A stretch of 64,000 bases of DNA, from the NCBI GenBank assembly GCA_963743855.1, contig CAVURK010000006.1:36234-100233 (forward strand). Reading direction: 5' to 3'. A program made the position numbers and the translations under genes. The notes beneath the pieces were generated by a model that was given only the letters and a program-made list of their open reading frames with translations, ran no database searches and was not told where the DNA came from. Shown here one piece after another: positions 9,946 to 22,662 of this stretch. Positions within the stretch are counted from its first letter, which is position 1. Each line of letters starts with the position of its first letter. Source of the DNA: an uncultured Chloroflexia bacterium. GTDB lineage: Bacteria > Chloroflexota > Limnocylindria > Limnocylindrales > CSP1-4.

Positions 9946-12861
9946 ATGGACCGTCCGCTCCGTGCCGTTCGCTGTCCGCTCCTGATCGGGCGAGACGACC
10001 TGCTCGAGCTCACCGATCGGCGGCTGGACGATGTCCTCGCCGGCCACGGGCAGTTCCTGCTCCTCGCGGGCCAGGCGGGGATCGGCAAGACGCGTCTCCT
10101 CGGCGCGATCCGCCGCAAGGCGGAAGCCCGAGGGTTCGCAGCCGTCGAAGGCGCGGTCGCGCCGCAGGATCACGACGTCCCGGCCTCGTCCATCCTCGAC
10201 CTGGCTCGCTCGATGCAGCGGATACCCGTGTTCAGCGCTCTTGGCGAGGCGCTGCTCGAGCTCGACAAGGCCGTCCTCGCCGCGGAGCACGCCCAGCGGC
10301 GAAGGCTCGTCATGGAGACCGTGGAGCTGATCCTCGGCTCGCTGCCGGGACCGACGATGCTGTCCTTCGAGGATCTCCAGTGGGCCGATGACGTGAGCCT
10401 GGAGATCATCGCGGAGCTCGCGCGCCAGTCGCGTGACAGGACGCTCCTGTTGACAGGCGATTATCGGATCGAGGACGTGCCGCGGGGAACGAGCCTCCGT
10501 CAGTGGCGGGCGCGGCTCATCACCCAGCGGATCGCCGAGGAGGTCCGGCTCGTCCCGCTCGATGCGGCCGAGACTGCCCTCGTCACGACCCTGATCCTCG
10601 ACACCGGGCTGCCGGCACCGCGCGACGTCGCGGCCGCCGTCTACGAGCGCACCGATGGGATCCCGCTCCACATCGAGGAGCTGCTCGGTGCCCTCAGCGC
10701 CGAGGCGCGCGCGGACGGGACGGCGATCCGCGAGGCGGGCGTCCCGGAGACGATCGAGGACGCCATCATCGCGCGGATCTCGACCCTTTCTCCGGAGGCT
10801 CAGGCGACCGCTCGAGCAGGAGCCGTCATCGGCCGCTGCTTCGTCCCGGACGTCCTGGCCGGGATCATGGATGTCCCGGCGAACGCGATCGAGGCGCCGC
10901 TCCAGGAGCTCGTCGACCAGTTCGTCCTCGACCCGCCCGGGGTCCGGGGGCTGTACGACTTCCGTCACCAGCTCCTGCGCGACGCGCTGTACCGAACGAT
11001 CCCGCTGTCGGAACGTCGCCGGTACCACGCCCGGGCCGGCGAGTTCGGGGCACGGCTCGAAGGGGCGTCGGAGATCCATGCCTCGGTCCACTACGAACGC
11101 GCCGGGCTCCGTCGCGAGGCATTCGATGCGGCGTTGGCCGGTGCCCGGGAGGCGGCCCGACTCTCGGCGCGGCGAGAGGCGTTCGAGCTCTACCACCGCG
11201 CGGTCAACAACATGCCCGAGGACCTGGGCGTCCTGGAGCGTGCGGCGATCCTGGAGGCCTGCGCCGACCAGGCCCTCTCGATCGAGGAGCACGAGGTCGC
11301 CGAGTCGCTGGCGGGCCAGGCGGCGACCGCCTATCGCGAAGCCGGCGAACCGGCCCGCGCCGTCATCGTGCTTGCCAACGCCCTGACCGTGTGGCGACGT
11401 GAAGGCCGGCCGGTCTCCGAGCGCCTGGCACTGACGAGCGAGCTCCAGGCCGAGGTCGGTCGGCTCCCGGACAGCCGCGACGTCCTCGAGGCGCGCGCCC
11501 TCACCGCGCTGTTGATGGCGTTGACCTACATGGATGCCCGGTCGCTCGACGCGGCCCGTCTGGAGCTCGACCGGCTGCCCGCCCTGGGCGACGAGCTCCA
11601 CGATCCCGAATGGCGGGCGATCGCCGAGTGGAAGCACGGGCTTGCCGACATGCTCGTCGGTGAGCTCGACAGCGGGATCGCCCGCGTCGGCGTGGTCGCC
11701 CACGAGGCGGTCGGCGAAGGCTGGGAGTCGACCGGTGTGACCGCCTTCAGGGAGGCCTCGACGGCTGCCGCCGCTGCCCTCGACTACCCCGCGGCAGTCC
11801 GCTGGATCGACGAGGGCATCCGCTACGCGGATTCGATCGAGCAGTCGCATTGCGCGCACGTCATGCGGGCGACCCTCGCGATGGTCTCGTGGGCTGCCGC
11901 GGACCCATCGGACGCACAGCGTCGGGCGCGGCGGGCGATCGTCGACAAGGGGTGCCGACGCGGCGCCATGACCGCGCACTGGGCCCTGGGATACGTCGCG
12001 ATGTCCCGTGGCGAGCTCGACGATGCGACCACGGCATTGACGGAGGCCCTCGCGTTCGGCATCGCGAGCGAGGAGATCGAGATCATCCTGCCCCCGATGT
12101 GGGGCCTGGCCGAGGTCGCCTTGCAGGCCGGGGACCCGGACCGGGCGCTCGCCATCTGTCGCGACGCACTCGCTCGGGCGGTCGCGGTCGACGAGCGTGT
12201 CCTCCTGGCGCCGTTCGTGGTCACGGGGGTGCGAGCCGCGCAGCAGGCCGGTCGCCCGGCCGAGGCCATCGCCTGGCTCGCGGCGTGCGAGACGCAGGTG
12301 GGCTCGATCCCGGAGGTCGCCGATGCCGCCCTCGACCACGCTCGCGGCATGGTGGCGCTCTCCGAAGGGGCGACCGGGATCGCCCGCACCGCCCTCGAAG
12401 CCGCGGTCGAGGGCTGGGACCGGCATGGGCGTGCGTGGGAGGCCACCTGGGCGCGCCTCGATCTCGCCCATAGCCTCATCCGCACGAACCGGTTCGCCGA
12501 TGCCGCGACGGTCACGACGGCGGCCCGGAAGGCGGGCGATCGCCTCGAGTCGCCGGTCCTGACGGAGCGCGCGGATGCGCTGCTCCGGATGGCCCGCGGA
12601 CACGCATCGGACGACGAACCGTGGCGGCCGTTGACCTCACGCGAGTTCGAGGTGGCGCGTCTGGTCGGCGAGGGCCTGACCAACGCGGAGATCGCCGACA
12701 GCCTTGGCATCGCGCCCAAGACGGCGAGCAGTCACGTGGAGCACATCCTGACCAAGCTCGGCGCGTCGCGCCGGGCCGAGATCGCGACCTGGGCGAGCCA
12801 GGTCCAGACGCGCCCGGCGCCCCGGACGACGCAGCCCGTGGAGCACGCCACCCGAGTCTAG
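9946..12861 (+). CDS. large ATP-binding LuxR-family (LAL/MalT-like) transcriptional regulator
   Basis: Walker A GQAGIGKT, FEDLQWAD, RTDGIPL, YDFRHQLLRD, TPR-like middle region and C-terminal LuxR HTH (LTSREFEVARLVGEGLTNAEIA..HVEHILTKLG). Confidence 0.9.
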   Translation: MDRPLRAVRCPLLIGRDDLLELTDRRLDDVLAGHGQFLLLAGQAGIGKTRLLGAIRRKAEARGFAAVEGAVAPQDHDVPASSILDLARSMQRIPVFSALGEALLELDKAVLAAEHAQRRRLVMETVELILGSLPGPTMLSFEDLQWADDVSLEIIAELARQSRDRTLLLTGDYRIEDVPRGTSLRQWRARLITQRIAEEVRLVPLDAAETALVTTLILDTGLPAPRDVAAAVYERTDGIPLHIEELLGALSAEARADGTAIREAGVPETIEDAIIARISTLSPEAQATARAGAVIGRCFVPDVLAGIMDVPANAIEAPLQELVDQFVLDPPGVRGLYDFRHQLLRDALYRTIPLSERRRYHARAGEFGARLEGASEIHASVHYERAGLRREAFDAALAGAREAARLSARREAFELYHRAVNNMPEDLGVLERAAILEACADQALSIEEHEVAESLAGQAATAYREAGEPARAVIVLANALTVWRREGRPVSERLALTSELQAEVGRLPDSRDVLEARALTALLMALTYMDARSLDAARLELDRLPALGDELHDPEWRAIAEWKHGLADMLVGELDSGIARVGVVAHEAVGEGWESTGVTAFREASTAAAAALDYPAAVRWIDEGIRYADSIEQSHCAHVMRATLAMVSWAAADPSDAQRRARRAIVDKGCRRGAMTAHWALGYVAMSRGELDDATTALTEALAFGIASEEIEIILPPMWGLAEVALQAGDPDRALAICRDALARAVAVDERVLLAPFVVTGVRAAQQAGRPAEAIAWLAACETQVGSIPEVADAALDHARGMVALSEGATGIARTALEAAVEGWDRHGRAWEATWARLDLAHSLIRTNRFADAATVTTAARKAGDRLESPVLTERADALLRMARGHASDDEPWRPLTSREFEVARLVGEGLTNAEIADSLGIAPKTASSHVEHILTKLGASRRAEIATWASQVQTRPAPRTTQPVEHATRV

Positions 12862-12964
12862 CCGCGCGGGTTCCAGCCAGCCGGCTTGTGGCGGCCGGCG
12901 GGATCGGGCGGGCGGCGATGTACGATCGGTCCGAGCCGACCGACCGATCCAGCGCGACCAGGAG

Positions 12965-13645
12965 ATGCCCATGGCCACGACGCCGCATGCATTCGAGGGC
13001 TTCCGGCGCGACGCGATCCAGTTCCTCGCCGACCTGGCCGAGAACAACGATCGATCGTGGTTCCAGCCACGCAAGGCCGACTACGAACGGCTGCTCAAGG
13101 AGCCCCTCGAGGCGCTGTGCGTCGCCCTCGACGACCGGTTCCGCGAGCGCGGCATCCCGCTCGGCGCCGATCCCGCGAGATCGCCGTTCCGGATCTACCG
13201 CGACGTCCGTTTCTCGAAGGACAAGTCACCGTACAAGACGAACATCGGGGCGTCGTTCCCGTACGTCGGCGGCCATCCGGACGCCGGGGGTTACTTCCAC
13301 CTCGCGGCCGGTGAGATCTACGTGGGTGGTGGGATGTGGCACCCGGACCGGACGAGGCTCGCCGCCTGGCGCGCCGTCGTCGACCGCGGCGTCGGCCTCG
13401 AGCCGCTCGATGACCCTGCCTTCGTTGCGACGTTCGGTCACGTTGGCGGCGAGCGGGTCAGCCGCGTACCCACCGGGTTCCCCAAGGATCACCCGCGGGC
13501 CGACCTGCTGACGCTCAAGGACGTCACGTTCGGCCGCCATCTGTCGGACGACGAGGCGATGTCGGCCGGATTGCCCGACATCATTGCCGATGATTTCGCG
13601 ACGGCCGTGCCGGTCTTCCGCCTGCTTGGATCGTTGTCAGGCTAG
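12965..13645 (+). CDS. DUF2461 (TIGR02453) family protein
   Basis: FLADLAENNDRSWF, FRIYRDVRFSKDKSPYKT, GYFHL, GGGMW. Confidence 0.88.
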   Translation: MPMATTPHAFEGFRRDAIQFLADLAENNDRSWFQPRKADYERLLKEPLEALCVALDDRFRERGIPLGADPARSPFRIYRDVRFSKDKSPYKTNIGASFPYVGGHPDAGGYFHLAAGEIYVGGGMWHPDRTRLAAWRAVVDRGVGLEPLDDPAFVATFGHVGGERVSRVPTGFPKDHPRADLLTLKDVTFGRHLSDDEAMSAGLPDIIADDFATAVPVFRLLGSLSG

Positions 13646-13708
13646 CCCAGGATCGACGACGACGGCGTCACGCGCCGCCCGCCAGGCCAACGACACGGAC
13701 GATCCGAT

Positions 13709-14299
13709 CTACTTGCAGTGGGTCGTCGAGGTACTCGTGAAAACGTCGACGGAGCCAGTTTCGTCGGAGACGGTGCCGTCGATCGTGAATGTGCCGGCCA
13801 GGTCGGCGAATTGATCCGTCGTCGTGGTCTTGGTAGTGCAGCTCCCGGACTTGGTCGTCGAGCGTGTCGTTGTCGTCGAGATCGGCCCAGTCGGACTGTC
13901 GGTGGCCGACACCGTCACGGTCCTCGACGAGGAGCAGGTCCGCCTGTTGCAGCTGTCGAGCGAGATCTGCGTCGCGTCGAGCGACACTGAAAGATCCGCC
14001 CCGATCGCGACGGTGCCGCCGGACGCGCAGCCGAACTCGTCGGAGATGCTCGTGAACCGACCGTTGCTCGAGATCGAGTAGGTGGATATCTGGAGGCACG
14101 GCGGACCGGCCGACCCGTCCTCATTCGAAGACATCGACAGGGTCGTGTCGGTGCACACCTGGCGGCCGCCGGACGTCGAGCAGCTCGACGAGCTGCTGAA
14201 GAAGCTCGTTCCGTTCGGCGATGTATCTGCGGCCACCGGCCCGACCACCAGAAGCAGGCTGATCGGGACCGCCAGGAACGCGACTGCAAATCGGCGCAC
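13709..14299 (-). CDS. secreted Ser/Thr-rich hypothetical protein with 8 Cys
   Basis: SD AGGAGG then GTG; signal peptide MRRFAVAFLAVPISLLLVVGPVAA; beta-rich Thr/Ser body. Confidence 0.7.
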   Translation of the reverse strand: MRRFAVAFLAVPISLLLVVGPVAADTSPNGTSFFSSSSSCSTSGGRQVCTDTTLSMSSNEDGSAGPPCLQISTYSISSNGRFTSISDEFGCASGGTVAIGADLSVSLDATQISLDSCNRRTCSSSRTVTVSATDSPTGPISTTTTRSTTKSGSCTTKTTTTDQFADLAGTFTIDGTVSDETGSVDVFTSTSTTHCK

Positions 14300-14630
14300 G
14301 GGGTACCTCCTGTCATACCGACGAACTCTGCGGGCCACTGACTCGGCTTTCGACCACTCCGTCGGTCGCCGACGATAGCCCTCGGGCGTCTCGACAGCGT
14401 CTCGATGAACGCGCACCCTGGGCTCGAGCGCGTCGGTTTCGGCCGACCCCCTCGAACGACGAGCCCCATTTCGGCCGCGTGATCCGACACGACGGCCGAT
14501 GATGTCGCGACGGCGGCTGCAACCGAGGCGCAACCGGAGTCGGACCGGACGCGACGGTACAATCGGCGCGACACACCGAAGCCGAACGCGGGCCGCCAGA
14601 GCCGCGCCCGCCCCCGGAAGGATCCGCCCG

Positions 14631-17405
<2,775 letters not shown>

Positions 17406-17428
17406 CGTCGGTCGTCACGGGATCCGAG

Positions 17429-17899
17429 ATGAGCCGCCGACCGCCTCGCTGGGACCCGGACGATCGCGGGATCGGGGTCGCCGATGCACGCGGGCACCTC
17501 GCGCTGATCGACGCGTTGCGTCGCGCGGCCGACGAGGAAGGCTGGGTCGCCGAGGCACCCGAGCTCCACCTCCTGCCCCATCTACGTGACCAGGCGGCAG
17601 CCGGGTCGGACTGGGCGATCGGCCCGACCGTCGTGCGACCGGACGGCACGTTCGAGGTCGATCTTGGATGGACAGGCGCGCCTGATGCCGACCTCCGGAT
17701 CGCGGTCTACGGGCTGATCGGGGCGATCGCCGAGTCGTCGACGCTGATCCACGAGCGCCGCGATGGCGACCACCGCGTCTTCGACATCGTCAGCGGGATG
17801 TTGGCCGGCGACAGCAGGTTCGCGCCGCACGGACACACGCTTCGACTCCGGATCAGCGGGGCGCCCGGGACGGTCGCAGCCGCGGACCCCGACGCCTGA
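17429..17899 (+). CDS. hypothetical protein
   Basis: Normal codon usage; contains GWVAEAPELHLLPHL and FAPHGH segments; lies between ppdK and the MFS gene. Confidence 0.6.
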   Translation: MSRRPPRWDPDDRGIGVADARGHLALIDALRRAADEEGWVAEAPELHLLPHLRDQAAAGSDWAIGPTVVRPDGTFEVDLGWTGAPDADLRIAVYGLIGAIAESSTLIHERRDGDHRVFDIVSGMLAGDSRFAPHGHTLRLRISGAPGTVAAADPDA

Positions 17900-19176
17900 C
17901 GCCCCCGTCTCGCCAGGCATCCGCCGGCCGGCTCCGTCGGATCTTCCTCGACACGGCTCCGCTTCGGCGGGACCGCGACTACCGCTGGCTGTGGTCCGGT
18001 CAGGTCGTCAACGGTATCGGCAACCAGATCACGCGTGTCGCGCTGCCGTTCCAGGTCTACGTCCTGACGCAGTCGACACTGGCGATCGCCGCCCTCGAGT
18101 TCTTCCAGCTGGTGCCGATCCTGCTGTTCGCGCTCGGTGGCGGCTCACTGGCAGATGCGGTGGACCGTCGCCGGCTGCTCATCGTCACCCAGATCGGACT
18201 GGCGGCGTGCAGCCTCGCGCTCATCGTCCTCACCGTGACCGGACCGCCGGTCGTGCTCGCCCTGTTCGTCGTGGCCTTCGTGGCGGGTGGGCTGGCGGCG
18301 GTCGATCAACCGGCGCGGGCATCTGCCATCCCGCGGCTCGTCCCGCCGGAACGGCTCCCGTCGGCCATCGCCCTCAACCAGCTGAACTTCCAGCTGGCCT
18401 CGATCGTCGGCCCGGCGATCGGCGGGATCCTCATCGCGACCGTCGGGCTCGCCGGCGCGTACACGGTGGACCTGGTCTCGTTCGTGGCATCGCTCGTCGC
18501 CTTGCTCGCGATCCATCCATTGCCGCCCATCGGCGTCGTCGCCCGCCCCGGCCTCGAGGCGATCCGCGAGGGACTCCGCTTCGCCCGGCGTCGACGGGCG
18601 ATCCTCGGCTCGTTCGTGATCGACCTCAACGCGATGGTCTTCGGCATGCCGACGTCCCTGTTCCCGGTCCTGGCGCTCAGCGTCTTCGGGACGGGAGCGG
18701 CGGGCTTCGGCCTGCTCGCAGCCGCGCCGGCGGCGGGCGCGTTCCTCGGCGCCCTGTTCTCCGGGTGGGTCGGCTCGGTCCGCCGGACCGGCCGGGCGAT
18801 CCTGTTCACGGTCGTGGTCTGGGGCCTCGCGATCACCGCGTTCGGCCTCGTGACGATCTCGTTCCCTCTCGCTCTGTTCTTCCTCGCCGTGGCGGGCGCC
18901 GCCGATGTCTTCTCGGCCGTCTTCCGCTCGACTCTCGTCCAGCTCGAGACGCCCGACGAGCTCCGTGGCCGGGTGATGTCGATCCACGCCCTCGTCGTGA
19001 CCAGCGGGCCCCGGCTCGGCGACATCGAGGCGGCCCTGGTCGCGGCCCTGACCAGTCCGCAATTCGCGATCGTGTCCGGCGGGATCGCCTGCGTCATCGG
19101 GGTGTGGGTCGTGGCTCGCCGGTTCCCGGAGCTGGCCGACCACGTCATCCGGTCCGGGATGGGGGCGACCAGGTGA
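17896..19176 (+). CDS. MFS transporter (EntS/DUF894-like)
   Basis: Frame is open from CTG at 17896 (CTGA overlap): RDYRWLWSGQ, motif A GSLADAVDRRR, PDELRGRVMS, about 12 hydrophobic segments. Confidence 0.88.
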   Translation: MTPPSRQASAGRLRRIFLDTAPLRRDRDYRWLWSGQVVNGIGNQITRVALPFQVYVLTQSTLAIAALEFFQLVPILLFALGGGSLADAVDRRRLLIVTQIGLAACSLALIVLTVTGPPVVLALFVVAFVAGGLAAVDQPARASAIPRLVPPERLPSAIALNQLNFQLASIVGPAIGGILIATVGLAGAYTVDLVSFVASLVALLAIHPLPPIGVVARPGLEAIREGLRFARRRRAILGSFVIDLNAMVFGMPTSLFPVLALSVFGTGAAGFGLLAAAPAAGAFLGALFSGWVGSVRRTGRAILFTVVVWGLAITAFGLVTISFPLALFFLAVAGAADVFSAVFRSTLVQLETPDELRGRVMSIHALVVTSGPRLGDIEAALVAALTSPQFAIVSGGIACVIGVWVVARRFPELADHVIRSGMGATR

Positions 19177-19324
19177 AGTCCGGGCACCTTGTGCCGCGGC
19201 TCATACCCAAAACGGTTCCGCATCGCACCGATTCGGCGAGGCCGTACTTGACCGGGATGAGTCACAGGCGCGAAGGTACGAGGGTCCTCATCCCATCACC
19301 GCGAAGCCGGACGACACCACCCGC

Positions 19325-22300
19325 ATGACAACCGCCAGGGGAGCCAGGGGCCCACTGGGGGCGCTGATCATCATCGCGCTCATCCTGCCCTTCAGCGCCA
19401 CGAACGTGCTCGCCGACAGCGGTGCGAGCGTACCCGCGGGCTTCCGCGACGAAGCGTTGCTGACCGGCCTCGTCCAGCCCATGTCGGTCGTGTTCGCCCC
19501 GAACGGGAACGTGTTCGTCGCCGAAAAGCGCGGCACGATCCAGTTCTACACGAGCATCACCGACACGACGCCGACCCTGTTCGCGGACCTCAGCACGAAC
19601 GTCCACAACTACTGGGACCGCGGCCTCATGAGCCTGGCGGTCGACCCCGGGTACCCGGCACGTCCCTACGTCTACGTCATGTACGCCTACAACCACATCC
19701 TCGGCGACCCGGCAGCGGCGCCGCGCTGGCCGTCGGCCGACGCCGACGTGCCACCGGGCAGTCCGTACGACGATCGCTGTCCCAATCCGCCGGGCTCGTC
19801 GACCGACGGCTGCGTGATCTCGGGACGCCTCTCGCGGCTGACCGTCTCGAATGGCGTGATGACAGGCACCGAGCACGTCCTCGTCGAGGATTGGTGCCAG
19901 CAATTCCCGAGCCACTCGCTCGGCACCGTGATGTTCGGGCCCGACGGGGCGCTCTATGCCTCGGCCGGCGACGGCGCGAACTTCTTCAATGCCGACTATG
20001 GGCAGTTCGGTGGGTCGGCCGGCTCGCCGACCCCGCGCAATCCGTGTGGCGATCCACCCGGCGGGACCGGCGCGACCCTGACCGCGCCGACTGCCGAAGG
20101 CGGCTCGCTGCGCAGCCAGGACCTGCGCACCACGGGGGACCCCGTCGGGCTCGACGGCTCGGTCATCCGGATCGATCCGGACACCGGAGCGGCCTGGCCG
20201 ACGAACGCCATGGCCGGATCGACGGACCCCAACGCGCAACGGATCATCGCCTACGGCCTGCGGAACCCGTTCCGGATGACGATCCGGCCGGGGACGTCGG
20301 AGGTGTGGATCGCCGACGTCGGCAACATCAGCTGGGAAGAGGTGGATCGGCTCGCCGACCCGTCGGCCGCTCCGCGCAACTTCGGCTGGCCGTGCTGGGA
20401 AGGGCCAGCGACGCAGGGAGCCTACGTCGAGATCGGCCTGAACCTGTGCGATTCGCTTCAGGCCAGCGCGGTCACGTTGCCGTACATGTCGTACAAGCAC
20501 TACATCCCGGTCACGGACAACGACGGCTGCGGGACCGGCAGCTCGTCGATCTCCGGTTTGGCGTTCCTGTCCGGCTCGAGCGGCTACCCCGACTCGTATG
20601 ACGGCGCCCTGTTCTTCACCGACTATGCCCGCCGCTGCATCTGGGTCATGCCCGCCGGCGCCGACGGCCTCCCTGACAAGAGCGCGACGACCCTGTTCGC
20701 GAACCTCGACCGGGCATCGGACGTCCCTGGCGGAGCCGTCTTCCTGACCATGTCGCCCGACGGCGACCTCGTCTATGCCGACTACGACCGCGGCGAGATC
20801 CGGCGGATCCACTACTACGTCGCGAACCAGCCACCCGTGGCGTCGTTCACCACGACGCCCTCGACGGGGCCGGCACCGCTCCACGTCGACTTCGACGCGC
20901 ACGCGACGACCGACGCCAACAACGACAACCTGACCTATGCCTGGGACCTCGATGGCGACGGACAGTACGACGACGCGACCGGGCTGACCGCGTCGACGAC
21001 CTACACAGCCAAGGGCAACGTGGACGTCGGCCTGAAAGTCACCGACTCCGGTGGCCTGTCGGACACGACGACACGGACCGTCTCGGTCGACAACGGCCCG
21101 CCGCAGGTGACCATCGACACGCCGTCACCAACACTGACCTGGAAGGTCGGCGACGCCATCTCGTTCAGCGGGACCGCCACCGATCCCGAGGACGGGACGT
21201 TGCCTCCGTCCGCCTTCCAGTGGACCCTCACGATGCGCCATTGCCCGTCCGACTGCCACTCGCACATCATCCAGACCTTCACCGGCGTCTCGTCCGGGAC
21301 CTTCGACGCGCCTGCCCACGACTACCCGTCCCATCTGCTGCTGTCGGTGGTGGTCACCGATTCGGACGGCTCGACGGCGACCAACCAGCTCGAGCTCTAC
21401 CCGAAGACGGGCACGATCTCCACCGACACGTCGCCGGCCGGGATCGCCACCACGCTCGGTGACGTCAACGCGGTCGCCCCGACCGTGACCGGGATCGTCG
21501 GCACCCAATTGACCGTCACCGCCCCCGCCAGCCAGGTCATCGGCGAGGGGACGTGGAGCTTCCGAAGCTGGTCCGACGGCGGCGCCCGGTCCCATACGGT
21601 CCTGGTGACCGAGGGGGCGCAGCACCTGACGGCGACCTACGCGCTCAGCGGGACGACCGACGCGTCGGCCACCTGCGCCGGGGCGGGCGCTGCCGTGACT
21701 CCGTCGGGGCTGTGGCAGGCCGGCAAGTTCGGCACCGCCAACGACGTCGACTGGTATCGATTCAAGCTGACCAGCACGACCCGGATGCGGCTCGTCCTCG
21801 GCGACCTGTCTGTCGGGGCCAACATGAGCCTCTACCAGGGCTGCACGAAGCTCCTCCAGAAGGCGGATCGGGCCGGAACCGGCACGGAGGAGATCATCCG
21901 CAATCTCCCGGCGGGCACCTATGCCGTCCGGCTCTACGGCCAGGGTTCGCCGACGACCCCGGCTCACGCCTTCCTGATGCAGAAGCTCGGCAGCGGGGTC
22001 CGGGTGCTCTCCCTGCGCGCTCACGTTGAAGGCAGCTCACTCCGTTTCATCGGTGAGGTCTACAACAACTCCAGTCGGACGGTCGGCCGGGTCATCGTGA
22101 CCGCGCGGCTGTACGACGCCAAGGGCCACCTCCTGGCGACGCGCAGCGCGAATACGCTGCTGCCATACGTTCCCGGCCTGACCAGGGCGCCCTTCACCAT
22201 CGACGGTTCTCGTCCGGCCGGGTATGACCATGTGTCGGTGACGGTCAGCGCGCCGGTCTCCAGTCGGTCGGTCGTCGATCCTTCCCGCACGACCACGACC

Positions 22301-22549
22301 TCGGCTCCGGACGCGGGAGGACACTGGGTCGTCGCCGGGAGCGTCAGGAACCAGCTCACGACGACGGTCGGCACCCTGGCGATGGCGGTCACCCTGTACG
22401 ACAGCCGCGGCCGGGTCCTCGACGTCGCGAGGGCCAGCGTGGGGTCGACGATCCTGAGCCCCGGTCACTCGACGACCTACAGGGCGACGATCCCCACGAT
22501 CGGGCTGGTCCCGGATCGGGTCGCCATCCGCGGCATGATGGGTCGCTGA
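19325..22549 (+). CDS. secreted PQQ-dependent sugar dehydrogenase (GSDH)-like propeller with PKD, PPC-like and two FxLYD-like domains
   Basis: Signal peptide, DRGLMSLAVDP, FGPDGALYASAGDG, AYGLRNPFR, NFGWPCWEG, YAWDLDGDG (PKD), DVDWYRF, RLYDAKG and TLYDSRG. Confidence 0.82.
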   Translation: MTTARGARGPLGALIIIALILPFSATNVLADSGASVPAGFRDEALLTGLVQPMSVVFAPNGNVFVAEKRGTIQFYTSITDTTPTLFADLSTNVHNYWDRGLMSLAVDPGYPARPYVYVMYAYNHILGDPAAAPRWPSADADVPPGSPYDDRCPNPPGSSTDGCVISGRLSRLTVSNGVMTGTEHVLVEDWCQQFPSHSLGTVMFGPDGALYASAGDGANFFNADYGQFGGSAGSPTPRNPCGDPPGGTGATLTAPTAEGGSLRSQDLRTTGDPVGLDGSVIRIDPDTGAAWPTNAMAGSTDPNAQRIIAYGLRNPFRMTIRPGTSEVWIADVGNISWEEVDRLADPSAAPRNFGWPCWEGPATQGAYVEIGLNLCDSLQASAVTLPYMSYKHYIPVTDNDGCGTGSSSISGLAFLSGSSGYPDSYDGALFFTDYARRCIWVMPAGADGLPDKSATTLFANLDRASDVPGGAVFLTMSPDGDLVYADYDRGEIRRIHYYVANQPPVASFTTTPSTGPAPLHVDFDAHATTDANNDNLTYAWDLDGDGQYDDATGLTASTTYTAKGNVDVGLKVTDSGGLSDTTTRTVSVDNGPPQVTIDTPSPTLTWKVGDAISFSGTATDPEDGTLPPSAFQWTLTMRHCPSDCHSHIIQTFTGVSSGTFDAPAHDYPSHLLLSVVVTDSDGSTATNQLELYPKTGTISTDTSPAGIATTLGDVNAVAPTVTGIVGTQLTVTAPASQVIGEGTWSFRSWSDGGARSHTVLVTEGAQHLTATYALSGTTDASATCAGAGAAVTPSGLWQAGKFGTANDVDWYRFKLTSTTRMRLVLGDLSVGANMSLYQGCTKLLQKADRAGTGTEEIIRNLPAGTYAVRLYGQGSPTTPAHAFLMQKLGSGVRVLSLRAHVEGSSLRFIGEVYNNSSRTVGRVIVTARLYDAKGHLLATRSANTLLPYVPGLTRAPFTIDGSRPAGYDHVSVTVSAPVSSRSVVDPSRTTTTSAPDAGGHWVVAGSVRNQLTTTVGTLAMAVTLYDSRGRVLDVARASVGSTILSPGHSTTYRATIPTIGLVPDRVAIRGMMGR

Positions 22550-22662
22550 GCGGGAGGACCAGATCGCTGCCGGGCCGTGCTGACCGCAAGCGCCACTGGC
22601 CCGCGCTCGCGGTGCGCCACGCCGACGGAGCGACGCGAAATCCACGTCGCTAGACTCGGGCC

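Noticed and set aside
14317-14370. Fluoride riboswitch-like start (GACGGAGU..GAAAGCC) on the minus strand
   Set aside because: The 3' UGAUGACUCCU-type pseudoknot partner is missing and the downstream gene is unrelated.
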